This document shows, one piece after another, positions 26,921 to 40,263 of a stretch of 62,422 bases of DNA (within the stretch, counting starts at the first letter, position 1; each line of letters begins with the position of its first letter). The stretch comes from Welwitschia mirabilis. Taxonomy: Eukaryota. The stretch lies in the NCBI GenBank assembly GCA_051453625.1, contig JBOZIK010000001.1, positions 1,979,113 through 2,041,534 on the forward strand, in the 5' to 3' direction. A program made the translations under genes and the position numbers. The notes beneath the pieces were generated by a model. The model was not told where the DNA came from and did no database searches. It saw only the letters and a list, made by a program, of their open reading frames with translations.

Positions 26921-29900
26921 TGATTTCCATTTCTATACATGATTTTCAAATTTTCATAACCAAGGAAAATAGCATTAACTAGGATGTGCATAATGTGAGA
27001 TAACTTTTCAAAAAAAAAATGAACAGTTAAGAGAGTAAAATCATAGAAAGGGTTTGGCACAATTGGATCTTACTTTGCATAAGCAACAACAGAACTAGCC
27101 ATGAATATTGGAAAAATTGGATAATCTAACTTTTGAAGTAGATGACCCTAATAAAGATAAGGAAGAAAATCCTTATTTAGAAATGAAAATGAAGAATTTT
27201 TGTTCTTTATTTGCTTCCTTTGAGGATGTTCCTCCCTTTGATGTTTCCCCTTCTTTCATTCCCTCTACTTCTACTACAAAATGTTGTAATCATGTAATGG
27301 TGGACTATAAAGAATATTTTGTAATTATGTTTTGTAAGTATGTACTTAACCTTGAGGACACTCTTAATAGAAAATGTTTATAACTATGTCTTCTCTTTCT
27401 AGCATAAAAAATTTCTATCTAAAACTCATAGGTCTCATTTGACACTTGAATAACCTATCTTATTGGGATTTGATAAGGCTTGGTAAGTGGCTATGATAAA
27501 CACAAAATAAGGCCTTCAAAGGCACTAATTGTAAAAATTTTAGTGTGTTTATATGATTATGAATTCATGGGAAAGCATGCAAGAAGAAAACATAAGTGGA
27601 ACAAAACAAGATAAAAAGAAAGTAATTCTATTAAAGTAAAAACTCTTTGTTCTTATTATCATTCAATGACTATCTAGCAAGGCCTTCATCTACTAAGAAT
27701 CAAAGTTGTTACTACTTCTTATCACCATGCAAATACATAGTGAAATCTTCTTTTATGATTGCCACTAGTTTGCAAAACCTAATAATAAAGTAGCAAATAC
27801 AGTTTCTCTTGGAAATTTTATCACATTGAGTTTCCTGATAACATCACTTGATAAAGCCTTTTTAACTATAAATTCCCAAACTCCTTGCCACTTGTTGTTA
27901 TCCTCCTATACAAGTAACAACATGACAACTGCAAAATCAATTGATGCATATTGTTATGAAAAGTTTTCTGCCAACTTAGTCAAATATTCTAAGGTAATTA
28001 AGGGGATTATCATTCCAAAGCATCTTCTAATCAGTTAGATGATGTAACAAAAGTACCATGAGTTACAGAGGCCATTAGAAAAGTCTTGAAACTAGGTCCC
28101 TTTCCTCATTTAGTTAGTTAGGATGAGATCATTCAAGCCATTAGTGTAATTCATGTGCTTATTTAAAACATAGAATTAATAAAAATTTTATTTTTTATTA
28201 AATTATGAATTGTATTGCATCATAAATTAATGAATTTTGATTCTCAGGTATGTAATTCAAAGTTTGGAACTAATTAGCTGATAACTAATCAGATTAGCTA
28301 GAATGACTTGAATTGTTAAATTTAAATGTATTGTTGGTTTATAATTCACTTATTTTATTTTTCTATAATATCTATTTGCATTAATATTCTTTCAGTTTTC
28401 CTTTTCCTCTCTAATCCCATGTCTTCCTCACTTATGATGTTTAGGATTGCTAGATGATGTGAATTGAATTCCTTAAGAGAAGACACAAATAGTTTCTTCA
28501 TTCTTCCACTTTAGTCTTTCACTTAATTTATTATGTTTTACACCTTTGATGATCTTAAGTTATTTTTAATTATTTAGAAATGTTTAATTATTGTTTTAAT
28601 AGCCACATGAAAAGGTTTTGTTTTAAAGCATGAAATTTAGCCATGATTTCAGAAAATATATAAAAATGCCCTTCTAATATATTACTTTTTGACTAAATTA
28701 GAGTGTTTTTCTAAGTGAATATTTTATAATATTAATTTTTGTAAAAATTTAGAATATCTCATCACCTTTCCTCAGTTGCCTTCAACATCTTGATATTTTG
28801 TTAAGTATTGCATTTTTTGACTTTAAAATTATTCAAATGTGGTGTGGTAGACGAAAACATTATCTTGAAGTGTTTATAAAAGCCAAAATATTTTCTTCCT
28901 ATTTTCTCTCTCTTACTTTTCTTCTCTGCTTTTAGTTACATGCCCATTGCATTTCTCTAAAGAAACTAGTTTAAATGAAAGTTTTAGACATTGTTCTATG
29001 CTTTGTAAACCTATCTTATGAATTAATGAATATGATTAAATTATTATTTTGATAATTCTATATGGAAATGCTTATGCCTTTCTCATAAACTATAAGTTAA
29101 TTTTATAAAACTATAATTCTTGGATAGTTTGTTCAAGCATATATGATTGTTGTAAAGGATTTGAATGCATCTTACCTATTATTTACAATCGAATAGTCAT
29201 ATTAAATCTTTAATTTTCATAAATTACTCAAATAGTACTTAATAATCATATCTTTTCATATGAAAAAGTGTAAATTTAACTACTTTGGCTTAATAATTTC
29301 ATTTATATGTCATTGCATGAATCATTAGATCTAAGAATTTCAATGAACATAGGATTATTTATTAATTTCTAGTCACCATGCATATCACATAGTAACAATT
29401 GAAATTGTGTTATCGTACTAAAATGACAATGCAAGTAGGATGGCTCTGGTTTACAGCATATGCTTATGTACTCACTATCGTTTACAATTATACTCATTAT
29501 GGTTGGTAGGATCTCATGATTTGTTAAAAATGTATTACAAATAGATAATGAGCACCTTGATTGTTCAACATGATTTGGCTTGCTAAGGGATTCAATCATT
29601 TCCCTTTTTTTAATTTTTGGCTCTTTTATTACAATTGTGGAATCTTCATGGATCTCCACAGAGATGATTAGCAACAATTTAATTGTTTGTATTTCTAGTT
29701 GACTTGTCCGATATCATGTTAAACAAAATCTCAGCAATCATCACAAGAATTTCTATGTAGCAATTTAAAATCCTACATTGACATTAATACCACTAATAGT
29801 TAGACATTTATGATTGTTATAGCAAACTTAAAAAATATTTAAAATAATTAAGTCAATGTAAATTATCATTGTTATAGTAATTTACAATAATTTAACAAAT

Positions 29901-30149
29901 ATTTTAAAAAATACATACCTAAACCTATTTTTTAACTATTTTTAAAAATAGTTTTTTACCTTAAAATTATATTTTCAATAAAAAATAACTTATGAAATGA
30001 TAAACTTAATTATTTTTAAAACAGTAAATGTAATAAATTTTAAAACAATAAACCTAATAAATTCTTAAAATGGCAAACATAATAACTTCTAAAGAATTGG
30101 TATTTACTCCGAAGAATAGTGTGAGACTCAATGGTGATGAAGTTTCTTA

Positions 30150-31900
30150 AATGTTGATTTCACCATGGCAGAGCAGTTTGCGAGTCCTTTATCATTATCA
30201 AGTACATTGACGAAACATGGCCTTCCAACACCTACACACAAATCCCTTGCAACCCATATGATCATGCAGTTATCACTTTTGGGCCTCCTTCATCAATGAT
30301 AAGGTACGTTGAACATGTTAAGTTATTTTTACCAAGTTGATATCAAACTAGCATATCTAATGTAGTAAAATATATTGTAATTTTTGCAGAAAATAATAGT
30401 TCTTGCAGGTCAGAAGTAACCCAACATTTTGCACTATCTCCACTTAAACCCAACAAGTGATAAACAAATACGGGATTGATTAGGTCCCAAAGGGATCAAC
30501 TGGACCTGTGCCAAAATTTTTCAAATCAATTTATCAAGGGGTTGTCCAGATTTCAGAGGGGTCGACCAAATTTTAGAGGGGTCGACCAGACCTATGCTAA
30601 AAATGTTTTTTATCAAGCTCATAAGGAGTACCAAAAGGGGGTCGAATGAACCTAGACCATATGCAGTCAATTAAATTCTGGATGGGCTCAAGCGAACTAA
30701 GTGACATAAAGAACTCAAATCAACTGAAAGAAAATGGGGTCAACCGAATTCAGTGACAGCAGTCAATGAGGGTAAATAAATGCTTTAAGAAGCCGACTAG
30801 TCATGGTAGAAATGAAACTTTTTAGCTTATCTTCTAGTCGTTGTCTCCTTATTTTTAACCATTGGAGTATCAAATTCATTTATAAACCCTAAAATCCATC
30901 TTCTATATAAGTCATATAAGTCAAAATCTTACAGGGGCTTTTGTTTTTACATATAGAGACTAAAACGAAAAGGCATTATTTTGTACTACTGAGATCTTGG
31001 TCAAACAGACTGCATTGTATGTACTAGGACTTGTGAACTTGCTTTTAGAGAGTGTATTTCTGACTTTGTTATACTTCAGATCTAGTGAAGTCAGTGCATT
31101 TCAACATGTTGTTGTTACCAAAAGCTTTTCTCTGTGAAGGTTGAGACTTAGCCTCAAAAATTCATTTGTAAAGGTTACAGGTTGACCTGAGAAACCTAGA
31201 AAGAAAGAAACAAGGATTCAAATCAGCTTAGGGTTGAAGCTGATTGCCGAGAGTGGAGTAGGAGTTTTTTTTGAACCAATATAAATTGTGTGTCTGGTGA
31301 TCTTCTTTGGTATTTTCCATTTTCCAGTTATTTTCATGTTCCTTCATTTGAACTTATTTAATAATAGCTTAGTCCATTAATTTGAATGCTGAATATTTGT
31401 TGGTGAATTTTTAGAGGGTAATATTTAAGTTTTAAATTCTATTCACCCCCTTCCTCTAGGGATCGAGATCCTACAGAACAATGCCTTTTTGGTCTCAACG
31501 TTGAACAATGCCTTCTCGCTCTCATTTTTTCCTACTTTCTGACAAATTACGTCTTTTATTTTAGCAATTATATAGAGTTAAACCAAATGGAATGAGTCAT
31601 GATGAAGAGGCAAAGAAGAAAGCTATTGTAAAATCCATTGAGAATTTTGCATTGCTAGAAGAGGCCTAAAGAAAAACAAAATTCCACATAACGACCTTCT
31701 TTAGTGGAGAAGCAGTTGGTTTCTTGGATATCATTTTTAGTTCTCTGTTTGTGCATTTCCAGGCCACTAAAGCAATGGGAACTTAAACACTAATAACTAC
31801 ATAGAAAATTCCTTTGCTAAGTGCTTGGATGTAGAGATTTTATGAAACAAAGGCTACAAGTAACCTTCTACCTGATCCTACTATGATTACTCTTTTACTT
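30150..31900 (+). pseudogene. Tau-class glutathione S-transferase pseudogene (two exon relics, intron interrupted by a solo LTR)
   Basis: Exon 1 relic HHGRAVCESFIIIKYIDETW..NPYDHA..ASFINDK ends at 30303 with a GT donor at 30304, the typical GSTU intron position. Exon 2 relic (~31566-31900) EEAKKKAI..FALLEEA*..FFSGEAVGFLDII..PLLSAWM*RF..LPDP has in-frame stops. N-terminus missing. Confidence 0.85.
30316..31475 (+). mobile_element. Sirevirus-type solo LTR with perfect 5-bp TSD (GAACA)
   Basis: TG at 30316 and CA at 31474-31475; GAACA at 30311-30315 and 31476-31480; 3' motif attcacccccttcctctag (31441); start homologous to the reverse complement of the 12942 LTR end; ggggtcgacc motifs at ~30557-30590. 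Confidence 0.92.
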
Positions 31901-32149
31901 TTCTGACACATTTCAATGAAATGCAAGAAAGTAATGTGTTTGTTGAAATAGAGGCATTTAAACTTTACAGAAGAGAGTATGCAATAACAAGCAAGTCTGA
32001 GTTGAGTAGAGAAGAAGAACAATGTACCCAATGATGGATAGCTCTGGAGAATGCAAAGAAGAGAGTGTGGAGTAACAAGCAATTCAAACATTGAAGTATG
32101 TAGATAATAATGATGATGACGACTGTTGTGATTGCGGATCTCCTCCAGT

Positions 32150-35100
32150 TTACGGGGGCGAGAGGGGTGGTTAAGGTATCCAATACAAGTCTAATGAAGA
32201 AACCACACATTAATAGAGCCAAAAAATAAAAAATAAAATGCTGTTGCACTCCCCAGGATGATAGCAAAAGAGAACAACAATTATAATTCATTAAACATTT
32301 GATTAGAAGGTATTAAGAAAGAAATCCTTTGAAACTTCTTTGGGAGCTTTGTATTATAGCTTCACTGAAGAAATGATGATTAGCTAATCTCCTCCAGTAA
32401 AATTGGTAATTCAGTCATCTTGAAAGAAAGCTTGACAATGATGCTTCCAGAAAAAGAACATGCTTTCCAGAAAAAAAAATGTGCCAACCTTCATTAAGCT
32501 GATTTCTGAGAATATCTTGTAGAAGAAGAGGAAAGGGATAAGTGAAAGTCATTCCAAACATGCCAAAGAGCCAAGATCACATTTTCTTGGCCACTTGACA
32601 ATCCCAAGAAACATGTTGAATAGATTTCTTGATGTTGCAAATTCAGCATTATGTGGGGGTAGCCCCATTGTGTTGAATCCATCTACTAATTAATAACCCT
32701 TGATGTAAAAGAGGACAAAAGAAAAGCTTTGATTGACTTTATATTTCCACAATTTCTAAAATAAGCCTTTCAATTTTCTTCTGACCAGTCTATATTCCAT
32801 TTCTTATTCATATGGGTTTGGGGGTTATACCCTTATCCATCCAAGCCTAAGCCTTTAAAAGAGTGAAATGACACATTTTTTCACCATTTAGCCAGCTCCA
32901 TTCATTCATCCATAAGTCACTACCACTGAGCCAATTGTTATTGTTTAAGATGGATTCCACATGTTGGAGAAAGGGGAGATCTCTCATTTGAAACTATCAA
33001 TTGGACTTATAAGTTTGCCAACTAAAGGAAGGAGATTCTTGATTATTGACTACAAGTTGTTGTGTGTGTAAAAGGCCTTTTTGCACAAGCTCTCTAGCTC
33101 TGATCTTAAAATTCTGACCTAATGGTAAAGAATTAAGCTTAAAAGCTAGGGACCATCAAAGAGAGTGAAGATTCAAATTTACTTGTGAGAGTCCTTGAGG
33201 CTTTCAAGTAAGATAGATTTTACTTTATTCCAACATCTCCAGATTTGCTTAAGGAGAAAATATCTTTTTATCTTAATGTTTTCCTTAGTTACTATCTAAT
33301 TACTCCAGTCAGATTTATTCTAGTAGGGTGCAAAAGAAACTTTGCCTTCAGAAAAGTAGTGTCTGAAAAGTATTTTTCAGGCTTCATTTCCTTGAAAGGA
33401 CTAAATAATCCATTTACAAGCTAGAAGATTCCCTTGCTTAGCAATGGATGGGATGTCGAAACCTCCATTAGTTTTATCTAAAAGACAAAAATTCCAAGCC
33501 ACATGATGGAAAGCTTTCTAATTTTCCTTATCTCCCCAAAGGTAGCAATGAAAAAGCTTATTAATAAAATTTGTAACTTTCTTGGAAGAAGCCAAAAAAG
33601 AAGCATAATAAACTAGAATGACACTTAGAATGTGCTTTATAATCACCAATTTCCTTGCTAAAGAAAGAGGTTTAAAAGTCCATTTAAAAATTTTGTTCTT
33701 TATCTTATTAACCACATTTTGTCAAAGAGAGTTTAGGGTGTCTTGAAGAGCTAGTGGAATCCCTAGAAGGGAAGAATTATCTGTACGAGTAAGCCATCTA
33801 AAAGGAAAATTATTACACCACATAGGTTGAGGCAAAAAACTACTTTTGATAGCTTGAGTGTTGTCCATATTAATTTTGGAATCAGACGCCTTGTAATAAA
33901 TAGAGACCATGTCTAAGACAACTTGCAAATTTTGTTTGCTTTCTTCTAGGAGTAAGAAAGTATCATTAGCAAATTGACTATGAAGGACTTCTGAACCATC
34001 AGGAAGCAAGAGTTCTTTAGGAATAGAGGTGTGCTTTTTAGCATTAAGCATGTCTCCTGATGAATCTGCTGCAATAATAAAAGATAAGGTACCAAAGGAA
34101 ATCCTTGTCTGATAGATCTACCCAACTTAATACAAGGAGAGAATTGACCATTGATACAAATAAAAGAGCCTAAATTTGAAAGAAGCATTTTAATATGATC
34201 TTCAAAAACACTCCCAAGATGACCATGCTTGATAAGGGACAAGAGATAGGTCCAATTTAGTCTGTCATAAGCTTTTGAAAAATCTAGTTTTAGCAAGAGA
34301 GATTTTTTAGAAGAGGTAGAAGCCCAAATCCTGCTTTTCATAGCTATAATAACATTGTCTAAAGTCTATCTAGTTTTCACAAAACTAGTTTACTCTTTTT
34401 TGATAAGATCAGGGGGAAATTTCTTTTGCCTATTAGCTATATCTTTTGAATAATTTTGTAAAGAACATTTAGTAGAGTAATAGGTCTTCAATTATTTATT
34501 AGAAATGCATCACTAGATTTAGAAATAAGTTTAACAATGCATGTATTCAGATTTTTCCCCAAGGAATCATTTTTAAGAGCTTCTAAATAAACTTGATAAG
34601 CATCATCACTTATATATCTCCAAGAATGTTTAAAGAATTCCATTGGAAAGCCATCTAAACTTGGAGTTTTTCCATTCTTTAACTGATGCAAAGCAATAGT
34701 AAGCTCATTCTTTGATAAATGAGTGTCTTCTCCAAAGATAGATCTATTAAAAGGTGGAGTTTCATTGAGATAGATATTCAAACTTTCCAAACAAATTCTT
34801 CCTTTCTTAAAGATGCTAAAATAGTGAGATTAAAATGCTGATAGGATGTCGTCTTGAGTGTCATATAAATCATTAGCTGAGCAAATGGTGTCTATTTAAG
34901 GAGAGGAAGAGTTGCCTTTTAAAAAATGAAAAAAATTTGGGTAAGCCTAATCATCCGTACGAAGCCAAGAAAGGCAAGCTCGAAGGTGACATCAACAAGC
35001 CTCATGATGTTCAATTTGATGCAATCTGTCTTTAGCTGAGAGTAGAAGAGAAAAGTCAGAGTTTGTACCATTTCCTGCGTTAACTCTGGATTGAAAAGTT

Positions 35101-36600
35101 TGGATTTGGAAAATGAATTCCTTTTTGTAATTCTAGGTATTTCTAGCTGAGAGCTTCCAAAAATGTTTTACTAAGTGTTGGATTCTAGTAGAGGCATCAT
35201 TTCACTAATTATTCCACCTAGTATTGTCAACATGCCTCAGAGATAAATTCCAAAAAAAAAAAAAAAAGAATAAGATTGCTAAAGGAATCATTGCGCAAAA
35301 AGGAAGTATTAGAAAAAAAAAAGTCTTGAGGAGAAGCTGAATTAATGCAACTTTGAAGACACCATCAGATTGGAAAGTGGTGAGATAAAACCTAAGAACA
35401 GTCTGCTTTGACCAGTAATCTTTTCTTTGAATAAAATTGAACTAGATTTTTGTGAGATAAATAGGCTCGATTAAGGCGAAAAGATATATACTTATTACCT
35501 ATTCAAGCATTATTCCAAGTAAACCATCCTGGATTACTGGATTTCTTATAATTCTGGTTGCCATCCTAAAGATTAGACTTATTTTTAACTTGAATCCAAG
35601 ATGATAATTCTAGAAAATCTAATCCTCCAACTTTGCCTCCTTTTTTATCACAAGAATTTTCAACCATGTTGAAATCTCCATCCATAATCCATATAGCCTT
35701 TGGTAAAGTTTGAGTAAGCCAATTCCATAAAATAATTCATTCCTAGCTTTGACAAGGAGCATAAATACAAATGAAGCCAAAGATATGATTCAGATAATTG
35801 ATTCAAACCCAAACATAACTCCCATTGTGGTCTCTACCAGAATCTATCACATAGTTAGCCCATTTGTTATGGAGGATGAGAGCATCTCCCTCTTTACGAT
35901 TTTCATGGTTGGTAGTAATTTACCACCCATCAACAAAAATATTGCAACAAAAAATCTCAAGGAAAAAACCTTGGATTTTGACTTCCTTTAGAAAGACAAT
36001 ATTAAAGATTTTGTTCAAAATGTAGTCACGGACTATTCTTTTTCTGAGGGGGTCTGCTCCTCACATTCCAAGAGATACAATTCATGTTGAAAGACTTGGT
36101 GGAGCATCCTCTACCTTTAACCATTTAAAAGAGTTAATTGACTCAAAGCTGTTTGCAGTAGGTCTGCCTGTTCTTTGCGGTTGAATACCCTTGGCATGAT
36201 AAGTTCTTATCGATCCTGATTTTCCTCTAACATCTCAAAAGGATTTTTCTTTGGTAACAAAAGCATAAGTTTTTTGACCCTTTGTATGGCTAGAAGGTGC
36301 CTGAGAGGAGGGATTACTTATTTCATCTATGTTTTGGTTTGAAACTTTTAGCATAATATTCTGTAATTCCTCCACTTGCTAAAATAAGGCAACATCTGGA
36401 TTATGTTGGGATACTTTAGCTGCTTGTGAATAGGAACCATACTTCTCGGTTTTATCATGATTTCCTAAGTCAAGAATATTTTTTGTTGATTGGGTTAGAA
36501 CATACGATTCAATACCTTTGTTCTTAAGTTCATTTGACACTTCTTCTGCTAATAATTTCTCTTCTTCCAGTTTGGCTAATAGTTGGGGCATCTGGCCTAA
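32150..36600 (-). mobile_element. L1-type LINE, 5'-truncated and degenerate (ORF1 tail plus ORF2 endonuclease/RT)
   Basis: ORF2 start MNCISWNVR at 36085; APE endonuclease WIMDGDFNMVE and SHHFPI; RT KTPSLDGFPMEFF, LKLDFSKAYDRLNW, RSIRQGFPL, SQFANDT, LSLARKLVIIK. Boundaries approximate; no TSD found. Confidence 0.9.
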
Positions 36601-39550
36601 ATATAATTAGGTTCTTTACAATACGAACATCTTGATCAAATTATAGATGTATATTAAATATACATATATCTCAGCTAGTTAAGAGTATAGTACCCCAAAT
36701 GCTAAGTATTACTTTTTTAGATTTTTAAATTTTTAAAATATTACGCTCTATGTATTTCCTATTTTTGAGAACTCCTACCCTATTCTAGAATTCACATTTT
36801 AGATTAAAAAATAAAAGAAAAGAATTGAAGAAATGCGAATGGAAAACGTATTCCTCTGCGTGTGCAAGTTGAAGAAACCCCTACTCAAATTGCACTCGAA
36901 GCTACAGGCCTTTGTCGACGAAACTCTTGTTCGATGTCCAGAAAAAAGAAAGCTGGTGCCAGTGGCGAGGATATCAATAATCTCATCACTTTAACAAACC
37001 TGCGAAAGGAACAAGAAGCAGCTTTAGGTGCTGTGTAACGGTAACATTTCTTCGAAGCTCTACTTTTGGAGAATAACAAAAATGGTTACTGGCCTACTAT
37101 TCCTCTTTAGATTGTAGGACAGGGTCTCTATTTTACAACTTCACCTTTTGGCTCTCGCAAAAGGCAAGGGTTCCTTTTCCACAACAGCTTTCAACTCTTT
37201 CAAGTCATTTCTATCTTTTGTCGTACAAGTAGACCATGACTTATCGAAGCAGTATTCTTCAATTAAAAGAGGTATGAATCCTTTACACGTAAGATTTGTT
37301 AGAATTTGGAAGACATTTATAGGTAGATTCAGTGGTCAAAGACTTCTTAACAATTTCCAGTAATGTTCTCTATTTTCTCTGGTATTGAATCTTCGGCGTT
37401 AAATGATTTAAGTCTTTTTTTGAATGCTCGGAGTTAGGTATATTCATGACGAAATTATTTGGCAATTTTGGAATATGGGGTTGACTGAGAGATTTAAATT
37501 GTCCAACTCTACCAGCATACGGTATTCAACGAGCTCGAATGTATTTTTGAGAAACTCTTGGCTTTGCAATTTCGATCTGGAATTATAACGCTGAAATGCT
37601 TATTGTACTTTGTTTCATTCTTCCGAGGAGACTATCCAAGCAAAAATTCAACGAGTTTTAATGCACTTTAAATAGCTTTTGTATCTCGCTTTTTCGATGC
37701 CCATTGAAGACGCCGGGCTGTGATCGAAACTCCAAAATGCTTCATTTTTAATCTGTCTGATTCTTCCCAAAGACATGGCAGCTTTCGTAATTATTTATTC
37801 GCTTATTATTTTACACACTTTCGGCACTGCTTTGTGAATATGATGCTTCGCGATTTAGACGTCATATTATCTCACAGGTTAACTCAAACGCTCGATTCCT
37901 TATTTCCTTGCCCCTTCGTAACATTCAAGAGCGCAGACGAAAGTACAAGGAATCTAAACCTACGAATAAAACCGAACGCTTTTGTTCTGTAGCTGCAATC
38001 ACGACATGTCGACTGTTATCCTTTTGGAATCTGGAGGAGATTTTAGGCAGGGTCAGCTATGGCCTACAGAAAATAAGAAATCTGCTGAACACGTTACCAA
38101 ATTAGATTCATTTAATTAAAAATTCAAATGGACTTAGCAATAATACTTTATTTAAACTTTCACGTTCGTGCCATACTTAGCCTAGGCTCAACAGTAACTC
38201 ATACTATGAGGTATAGCTTTGTGATAAAGTCATAGGGTTAGAGGAAAACCTGAATGTTACTGGAATATCTAATTCCACGCTGTTTACAAAACTGTCAAAA
38301 TTTACTTCAGTTGAAGTTCACACATATAGCTCTGGAAATAGGCTTTGATCCTCTAAAAATGTTCTCGTTTTCATTCTGTTGAAAAACAGATGGTGCCATT
38401 CCACGTAAATAAGAGTTTGCTAGGATTATTTTTGTTCCATGGATCAATGTACACCACTGACTGGATTATTTGTTTACATAGATTATTAAGAGGAATATAG
38501 GTTATGTCATGCTACTTTTTGTAAGCCGCATGCAAATCATTGTAATCTTCCAAGGCATTAAATGCTTTGGCCATACATAAGCATTATACTAAACAGTGGA
38601 ATACCGACTCTAGCTCGAGCAATTTCCCAACTGAGGACTTGAGATTTCAAGCATTGCCCATAGAACATGTTTTCTTATTAACCGGTTTGTGCCCAAAGGG
38701 TAGTTGTAGGTATGAGAGTTGTCTGGTGCGCAAAACATATGATATTGTTTCAAAGCTGGCTTCTTAATCCATTAGATACTTTCCATTAAGATAGACTATT
38801 ATTTTAAGTTTTATGGTTTTTTAATTATTCATCTAAATGTAAATATGACTCGTATACTGTCATACTTTCTGGGATAAAATATCGAATGACTAATCTTCAA
38901 TGTCATCGAAGATAGTTTTTTAATTTATGATAATCAACATCAGGCCTTATAAATTTTTGATGTGGTTAATGATATTGGGAACAGATGATTCCAAAAGTTA
39001 ATGTAGCACTTATGCTTACATTCAGGTATCAATAACGATATTAATATAAGTTAAGGCACATACGAAGAAATCAGAGTCGAAAATTCCATAACCTAAAAGG
39101 ATGATCACACGAAAGTAAATCACATATGTTGTTTCTGCAGAATGAAAAGATTATAACTTATAATGATTGTAAAAGGAAGATCTAAGTATTTCAAACAAAA
39201 TGAAACAAAACATATGTGCTTAAGCAAATTCCCAAGGAATTAAGACTCAGTCAGAAATGTGGTTGCATGATTTACAAAATTTTCCAACCGATGTTACATT
39301 TTAGTGTCAAATGGGGTTAATCAGCATTGAGTTTCCATCAAGTTACTGATGTTATCCTAGTATACAAGACAAGACTTACAACTGTCCCTTCCAAAGAATG
39401 TTTCGATGTCTTGTTTTTACAACTTTGTGACTGCTGTAAGTCTTTTAGGAATTCTTTCTCACAAACCCCATTTGAAACATGAACATGGAACTCCACTGAA
39501 GCTTGGTGCTTTTGATTGCAATGAGAGGGTACTGATGCACTACAAGAATG

Positions 39551-40263
39551 CTAACACACTAAGGGAGATTGAATTGAGGTGCTTAAGTGAGTGCATGAGG
39601 CCCAACGGATAATAGAGTCAGAGACCTTAAGATTCAGCTGTTCAAGCTCACCCAAACCTATTGTGTGATTTCCCTTGTGTGACAACAGGTTCTTTGAACT
39701 CTGAAGTTCTTTATGGAACTGCTTTTTGCCCTCACCAACCGACATCATTTTTAAGCTGCTTGAGACTGCTGCTGCAAAGATTTGCCCCAGGCTTGATGCT
39801 GCAAATAAGAAAACCAATATTAATTTACATGTTCGACCTNNNNNNNNNNNNNNNNNNNNNNNNNNNNNNNNNNNNNNNNNNNNNNNNNNAAGCTGGACCT
39901 GTATCTTGTCGTCTGATAAAGACAGTGAATTTTCAGATCTACAGACGGCATCGATGTTTGGAAAGGCAAAGCTAAGGGTATTTGGAACCATCGGGATGGA
40001 TTCTGATCCAAATGCCTTAGACGAATTTGGAAAAGCAAAGCTCCCTGATGCTGCATGGACTGCTTCATCGCTTACTAAGAACCCGGAGAAAGATGACTTA
40101 GTTGAAAAGGATGCATGGACATCTGCCTTCGAATTGTAGTCAAATAGTGAGGGTGTTGAAGCAGCTGCCTCAGATTGTACTGCATCAAATGACTCAAAGA
40201 TACTTCTCCTGTTCTCCCTTTCAGCTTGACATAATCCCACTTGATTGGTAATCCACGGATGTT
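39551..40263 (-). CDS. PEPKR1: PEPKR1-like kinase coding exon 3 (EHPW...SPLVC stop), contains a 50-N gap
   Basis: Acceptor ttgcag|AA at 40263; stop TAG at 39551-39553; open reading frame on both sides of the gap. Confidence 0.88.

Noticed and set aside
39551-39565. CaaX prenylation signal at the kinase C-terminus
   Set aside because: The protein ends PLVC with Cys last, not fourth from the end.
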